Positions 58,680-64,000 of a DNA stretch of 64,000 nt are shown here, piece by piece. The stretch lies in IMG/VR virus record IMGVR_UViG_3300008954_002234. The stretch is one strand, 5' to 3'. How positions within the stretch are numbered: the first letter of the stretch is position 1; the number at the start of each line of letters is the position of its first letter. The notes under the pieces are model-generated. The model was not told the origin of the DNA. It worked only from the letters and a program-made list of their open reading frames with translations, and made no database searches. This stretch comes from an uncultured virus (IMG/VR IMGVR_UViG_3300008954_002234) (taxonomy: Duplodnaviria > Heunggongvirae > Uroviricota > Caudoviricetes). The position numbers were made by a program, and so were the translations under genes.

Positions 58680-61600
58680 TATTTCGGAGTAAGAACGTTT
58701 TTAATTGCCGGGTTGCTCATCATTCGTTTCCTCTGGCCGGGTGAAGCTGACTCTAAAACGGCTGTCATTAATGCCCTTATCTGTGCTTCTTGGGCGCCTC
58801 CGGCTTCCTCCCCATTAACATTAATATTTACTGTGTATCCACCTTCTTGATCAGGCCTAATGTCACGCATCGACATACCGCCATCTTCGTACTCTTTTAG
58901 AACCGGCCTGCTTCGAGTAACTGTCTTCCCCTCCATGAATTGCTCATGAGCTCGACTTGCTCCCCAAAGCCTATTCCTGCCGTGCTCCCGATAGCCTTGA
59001 TCGTGTTCATTCAGAGTGCCAGTCAAAAACCTTTCAAAAGTTTTATCTACTTTCCCTGTGTAACGAGAGGATTGACGCGCGCCTCCTGCTATATCCGTTG
59101 CCATATTTTCGATCCCCGGTTGTATACGGTTAGCGTAATCTCCGTATACAGCCTGTTCTCTGGAGCGCTGTTGAGACTCCATTTGAGATAACGCCATTGC
59201 ATCTCCCGTAATACTAGTATGAGATAGCTTTGAATTTTCTAATACTAAAGCCAGACTATCCAGTGCAGCTGTATTTCTATCAAGTGAATCTCCCTTGAAA
59301 GCATTTTCCGCTTGCTGCCTTGCCGCCTGAGCTATCTCTTGTCGAGACATTCCTCCTCCAAGCTCTCTATTCATCATGGTCATATGACCAAGGCTAGCCT
59401 GAAATTGAGCTGCGACAGCCTTCTTCCTTAAACGCTCAGGAAGTTGTCCCCCGAAAGCCTCTTGCATTCCAGCGAACTTTGTTGCCCTAGCTGATGCAAG
59501 GCCCTGTCTACTGCCAATCCTAAGAGACATGCGCTCTGCAGATGCACCAGCCATAATTTGGGAAAAAGCGTTGTTAAGGCGAGAAGGGTCTCTTGCCGCT
59601 GCTGCTCCCCCAAACTTTGTTAAATTTTGTTGCTGTTTAGCTATAATCCTTGAGGCTTCTGCTGTTTGTTGCTGTACATATAACTGCCTTTCCATTTCAC
59701 CGCCAAGATGATTATTAGAAGCTAAAAGAGCTTTAAGGCCTGACTCTAAAGCCTCTAGATTCTTCTTGCCATACTCATCGGCGTTTGCGTGTATTTTTTT
59801 GAGTTCAGTTAGTTGTTGCTCAACTGCACCTGTGTCTATAGCCCCAACCCCTTTAGTTGACGCTAGGCTTAGCTGTGCTCCTATGTCTGTCGCTAATTGT
59901 GTTCCAGCGAAGCCTTTTGTAAACTGAGCAGCCGTGAGAGATCCCTCCGCTGTAGTAACACTACCTTTGAACTGCTTAGCAAAATCTCCTCTTATTTTAT
60001 CTTGAGCCAACTGATCATCTAAATTTACCTTGCCCATTCCCGTTAAAAAAGCTTGAGCGCCTTTCTTTAAAATAGGAATTGTGGCAAGTCTAATCTTTTG
60101 CTCATCTGCCAAAGCTTTTTTTGTTGCGTCCAGAGCTTGTCTTTGCTCTTTATTAGCTTTCAGTATATCTTCTCTGGCTTTTCTTTCCGCTTCCATCATC
60201 TTAGCGTTTTTTATTGCCTCTTCAAATAATTTTACCTGAGCGTTTATAACATGCCTTCCTGCATCAGTGTCTTCGCCTAATATCTCTACGTTTTTAAGAC
60301 GAGCTTGCTCTTCGATCCCCATGTTTTTTTGTACCTCACCCAACAAACGAGCAGACTCATTGTCTCCACCTCCCCAATCAGCATCCAAGTGACCTTGGGC
60401 TTTGAGTAGTTTTTGCATGTCTTCTTGAAGCTGTTGAGGTGTCGCATCTTTGAAATAGTCTTGGTTACCTGTAGCCATGCTCCTTTTTATTATATCCTCT
60501 CCTAAACCTTTTTCTTCCTGTATTCTAGCATCACTTCTGCCAGTCCATACAGTCTCTGCCATTCTTTGGAAGTCATTTTGGGTATCTGACCTGCGTTGAG
60601 CTGCATCCTTTTTAGCTCCTTCAGCTTCTTTTGCAGCTTCAACAGCTTGCTTTAATTCTTGTGGATTTATAATTGCTCTTAGTTGAGCTTGAATATTACT
60701 TGGTAATTCAGTTAATGTTTTTGTTACTTGGTCATGAGCGGCCATAACTTCACGTATACTCGCATCACTATTATGGAATGTCTTTTCGTACATATCCATT
60801 GAGTCTCCAAGCTTATTTAAAATTCCTATATTTTTTTCTGTTGCTTCTGCTGTTTTTTGATATACGTCAGCTAACCTTCTAGCCTCTTTAGATACTGCGC
60901 TACCTTCATTTAAGAAATGATCAGTAGCCATTCCTATACCCACAGCGGCTACACCTAGACCCAAAGGAGTAGCCAATGCAGCGCCAGCGGCTCCCATACC
61001 GCCTGCGATAGCTCCACCAGCTCTAGTAGCCATTGCTGCCCCTTTCACAGCTCTTCCTGCGGATGCAGCCCTTCCCATTCCATGCAATTGCCTATTTACA
61101 TTATAATTAGTTTTGATACGAGACGCAGTCCTTCTACCACCTTCTCTCATGCCTGATGTAGCATCGCCGAGTGACATCGCGCCCATCGCCGCAAGGTCTG
61201 ACATTCCCCGATTCATGCTGCCAAGACTTACCTTTGATGTTAGAGCTTTTCCAATCCCTTTAGTTGAATCGAACATTGAGCCAGCCATGCCGATTGTAGC
61301 CATAGTCATCAAGGTGGAGCTAAGTTTGTCCATAGCTACGCGACTTTCTTTAGACTCAAAAGACCCGTCGTCAGTTGAGTTAGTTAACAGCTGCATAGCG
61401 GTTTGCAGAGCAAATATACCACCTGTCAGCTTCATCATTTTATTAGTGTTCTCTGAAAGGGCTTTGTCAGGACCAGCATCAGCGAAATTAGGTACGCCAG
61501 CCGTTTTCGGGTTTATTCCTCTAGCTAAGCTTCTTCTGATTCCTTGGCCAAGTCCTCCCGGTTCATCTTGAGTATTATATACCCCAAGACCCACGGGATT

Positions 61601-64000
61601 TAATCCAGAAGCCAAAGATCTACTTGTGCCTACTCTTATCTTAGAAGAAGGTATTCCTGCTGACCTTTCTCTAGTTATGGCGTTATGCAGAGCAGAGAAA
61701 CTAGGTATATACCCTCCTGCGGCGCTAGGTAAATTCATCTCTTCTATAAACGCCTTTATCTTCCTAGAGCCGGAACCGCCGCCACCTTTATTTATGCTTG
61801 TGAATACTTTGTTGGCCAAGCTGGTCATTGCATTTGCAGAGACACTTCTTTTGCCATCTGCCAATTTTAAAGAATCAGTGAAACCGAAACTACTTCTTAG
61901 TTTAGGTCCTGCAAAACCAGTCTCCTCAAAATCCCAAGTAGCATTTTGGTCGCCCCTAAGACTCCTTTCAAATCCTATTGCATTTTTTGTAAGCGCATTG
62001 ATAGACGCTTCAAATATAGACCCCTCTGCGCCTTTGGGAAATAGAGCGCCGCCTTGATTGGCTCTCATTTTGCTTATTATTTGCCCTGCTGGCTTAAACT
62101 CTTCTAAAACTCTTGGTCCAAAAAATTCATTAGTCACGTCCACTAAAGGCCCCGCCATATGTTTTTTAATCAAAGCGGCATATGCGTTATTAGTTTGAGG
62201 ATCTTTCTTATTGTATTTGCCAAGAAAAGACTTTTGCTGAAAACCTCCTATCTGTACCTTCTCAGGCCTTACTCCTCCTTTAGAACCAAGCACTGGCGCG
62301 CCCTTAATTGCTGTTATCCCACTTGTGCTTGCTGTTATGGTGGAGTTGTTATTTGTCTCTCCAAATAACGAAAGGACTCCGTAGTAACCGCCAACATTAA
62401 AAAATGGCATAGTGGGAGCCTTCTTAGCTTTAGTTTTTCTAGCTGCTATTTTGCTAGCCGAGGTCTTGTAACCAGCTTCCTCAGCTTGTTCTGGGGATAT
62501 GTATTTTTTGTCTCCCGGCTTTAGCCTCAATCTTGCCCCGATTTGTGAATTGCTCAGGCCTAGTGCAGGGTTTTTAACGAAGTTAGGTACATATCCGCCA
62601 GACAAAGCTTTTATAAAATCTTCATAAGCTCCAGAGCCTTTAGGCGGTATAACTGCTGTAGCTTTCTTGCCTTTTGAATTAGTGAAGTCAACCACACTTT
62701 CGTGGCCATTAGTCAATGCGGAAAACGCTCCGCCTCTTCCATTATGTATAGTATCTTTTTTTACTTTAGGGTTGGCTAATTGAGAACTGGAGTAGCCACC
62801 CATCATCATGCCTAATACTTCTTCATTTGCGAAGTTAGGGACATAACCGCCACTTCTACCTCTACCAAAAGCACCTCTGCCGCCAAATTTTCTTACCCCT
62901 CCTGCAGTTGCCCCAAAGTCAGGAGAGAAAGCTACATTCCCCCTACTCAAAGACGAAGCTATTTGATTGGATATTAAAAGCTGTCTATCTAGAGCTATAG
63001 TTTCTTCATTTATCCTTTGTAGTACAAGTTGATGCGCATCTTCTACTGACATTGTCCCAGCTCTAATTCTATTCATAACATCTGGGTTCTCAGATAGAAC
63101 GCCAAATATTTGTTTTTGTAAGTTTAACTGATTTTGGAATTGAGAGTTGAGCCCTGTTAGGGTTTTAAATGCGTCAGCTGCAAATGTAGCTAAGTTAGCA
63201 AATGTTTTGAACAAAACTCCGCCTATAATAATCAAACCGGGTCCACCTATAAACTTACCTATAGACTCAAAGACACTTTTACCTATTAGCTGACCAGCTT
63301 TTGCTAAGTCGGAGTCTCCGGCAGCGGATTCGAAAGTAGAATTAACAGCTCCAAATATATTTTGTAGCGCAGGAGCAAGAGTCAAGGTTCCAAGTTCGGC
63401 TGCAGCCTGCTTAAAAGTGTTCATTGTTTTTTGAAACTGAGCTGCTAAAGTTTGGTTAAGCTCTTCGTTTCTTCGGATAGCTTGATCTGAAGAACCAACA
63501 GAAATGCCTAAAGCTCTATTATATATGCCCTGTTCTCTATTCAAGTCACTTAACGCAGCCTTTAACACGTTAACTTGGAACACACCACCGACTAATTCTG
63601 AGATCTGAGCTCTTTGTGATTGAGTTAAGCTATCAAATGATTTGGCTAAATTAGTCAGCACTTTAATAGCAGGAAGAGTATCTCCTTCTAAACCTCTAAC
63701 TTGTATGCCAAGATTTTCTAATTCTTTTATAACTCTTGGTCTTTGTATTCTGGTAAATATAGTCTTAAAACTGTTACCAATTACAGCACCACCTCTAGCT
63801 GTCTTTTGTTGAGCAGTAGTGACAATAGCCAAAAGTTGGTCTAGGTCTACTCCAGCCGCAACAGCTGATGAGCCAACACGACCTAAGGCTTTTGCTAAAT
63901 CTTCCGAGCTTACGGCAAAGGCAGCATCAACGTTAGCTAATTTATTGATTATAGTAGTGCTGTCTAAGCCTACTTTCGTGAAAGTGTTGAGAGCGGCTGT
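58679..64000 (-). CDS. Phage tail tape-measure protein (TP901-like core; 5' end outside window)
   Basis: Frame is open to the window edge (TAALNTF...DAAFAVSSEDLAKAL.RVGS.A...GV..DQLLAIVT...G..IGNSFKTIFTRI), so the listed 63832 start is internal. Ala/Gly/Gln-rich and helical, more than 1770 aa. Confidence 0.93.
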   Translation of the reverse strand, partial: TAALNTFTKVGLDSTTIINKLANVDAAFAVSSEDLAKALGRVGSSAVAAGVDLDQLLAIVTTAQQKTARGGAVIGNSFKTIFTRIQRPRVIKELENLGIQVRGLEGDTLPAIKVLTNLAKSFDSLTQSQRAQISELVGGVFQVNVLKAALSDLNREQGIYNRALGISVGSSDQAIRRNEELNQTLAAQFQKTMNTFKQAAAELGTLTLAPALQNIFGAVNSTFESAAGDSDLAKAGQLIGKSVFESIGKFIGGPGLIIIGGVLFKTFANLATFAADAFKTLTGLNSQFQNQLNLQKQIFGVLSENPDVMNRIRAGTMSVEDAHQLVLQRINEETIALDRQLLISNQIASSLSRGNVAFSPDFGATAGGVRKFGGRGAFGRGRSGGYVPNFANEEVLGMMMGGYSSSQLANPKVKKDTIHNGRGGAFSALTNGHESVVDFTNSKGKKATAVIPPKGSGAYEDFIKALSGGYVPNFVKNPALGLSNSQIGARLRLKPGDKKYISPEQAEEAGYKTSASKIAARKTKAKKAPTMPFFNVGGYYGVLSLFGETNNNSTITASTSGITAIKGAPVLGSKGGVRPEKVQIGGFQQKSFLGKYNKKDPQTNNAYAALIKKHMAGPLVDVTNEFFGPRVLEEFKPAGQIISKMRANQGGALFPKGAEGSIFEASINALTKNAIGFERSLRGDQNATWDFEETGFAGPKLRSSFGFTDSLKLADGKRSVSANAMTSLANKVFTSINKGGGGSGSRKIKAFIEEMNLPSAAGGYIPSFSALHNAITRERSAGIPSSKIRVGTSRSLASGLNPVGLGVYNTQDEPGGLGQGIRRSLARGINPKTAGVPNFADAGPDKALSENTNKMMKLTGGIFALQTAMQLLTNSTDDGSFESKESRVAMDKLSSTLMTMATIGMAGSMFDSTKGIGKALTSKVSLGSMNRGMSDLAAMGAMSLGDATSGMREGGRRTASRIKTNYNVNRQLHGMGRAASAGRAVKGAAMATRAGGAIAGGMGAAGAALATPLGLGVAAVGIGMATDHFLNEGSAVSKEARRLADVYQKTAEATEKNIGILNKLGDSMDMYEKTFHNSDASIREVMAAHDQVTKTLTELPSNIQAQLRAIINPQELKQAVEAAKEAEGAKKDAAQRRSDTQNDFQRMAETVWTGRSDARIQEEKGLGEDIIKRSMATGNQDYFKDATPQQLQEDMQKLLKAQGHLDADWGGGDNESARLLGEVQKNMGIEEQARLKNVEILGEDTDAGRHVINAQVKLFEEAIKNAKMMEAERKAREDILKANKEQRQALDATKKALADEQKIRLATIPILKKGAQAFLTGMGKVNLDDQLAQDKIRGDFAKQFKGSVTTAEGSLTAAQFTKGFAGTQLATDIGAQLSLASTKGVGAIDTGAVEQQLTELKKIHANADEYGKKNLEALESGLKALLASNNHLGGEMERQLYVQQQTAEASRIIAKQQQNLTKFGGAAAARDPSRLNNAFSQIMAGASAERMSLRIGSRQGLASARATKFAGMQEAFGGQLPERLRKKAVAAQFQASLGHMTMMNRELGGGMSRQEIAQAARQQAENAFKGDSLDRNTAALDSLALVLENSKLSHTSITGDAMALSQMESQQRSREQAVYGDYANRIQPGIENMATDIAGGARQSSRYTGKVDKTFERFLTGTLNEHDQGYREHGRNRLWGASRAHEQFMEGKTVTRSRPVLKEYEDGGMSMRDIRPDQEGGYTVNINVNGEEAGGAQEAQIRALMTAVLESASPGQRKRMMSNPAIKNVLTPK

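Noticed and set aside
1428..62368. Many short antisense or nested ORFs in the track (e.g. 27771-28196, 61113-61571, 61626-62057)
   Set aside because: Shadows of real genes on the opposite strand; no motifs or start context.
1..64000. CRISPR array, DGR, tRNAs, stop-codon reassignment
   Set aside because: No spaced repeats, reverse transcriptase or cloverleafs seen by eye. Long ORFs are intact in code 11 and TAA, TAG and TGA all end genes. A self-dotplot and tRNAscan would be needed to exclude subtle cases.

Overview
This 64 kb window is a segment of a large (probably jumbo) tailed dsDNA phage genome. It is AT-rich, reads in standard code 11, and has tightly packed genes joined by ATGA/TAATG overlaps. 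From left to right: (i) 1-10.9 kb, a minus-strand sugar/nonulosonic-acid biosynthesis and tailoring operon (Gmd, HAD phosphatases, nucleotidyltransferase, NeuB, NeuA, two Maf/DUF115-like proteins, methyltransferases, two 2OG-Fe(II) oxygenases) with apparent deletion scars near 1 kb; (ii) 11-15.8 kb, a lipoprotein, a GT4, a DUF736-like protein, an HNH endonuclease and a phage sigma factor; (iii) 15.8-16.2 kb, a ~400-nt highly base-paired non-coding element that begins exactly at a perfect sigma70 promoter overlapping a divergent one, the most striking unexplained feature; (iv) 16.25-24.9 kb, a plus-strand early block (dCMP deaminase, dUTPase, dNMP kinase, Hsp20 with a sigma54-type promoter, SSB-like and Rad52-like proteins, TylF, GT4 with a split GT9); (v) 24.9-64 kb, a minus-strand virion tail module with a 5885-aa giant protein and a tape-measure protein cut by the window edge. 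Three promoter classes are visible: near-leaderless sigma70, sigma54, and a putative late motif GTGTAAWATAA. I saw no tRNA, rRNA, CRISPR array or IS. Family assignments come from motif recognition by eye, not database searches.
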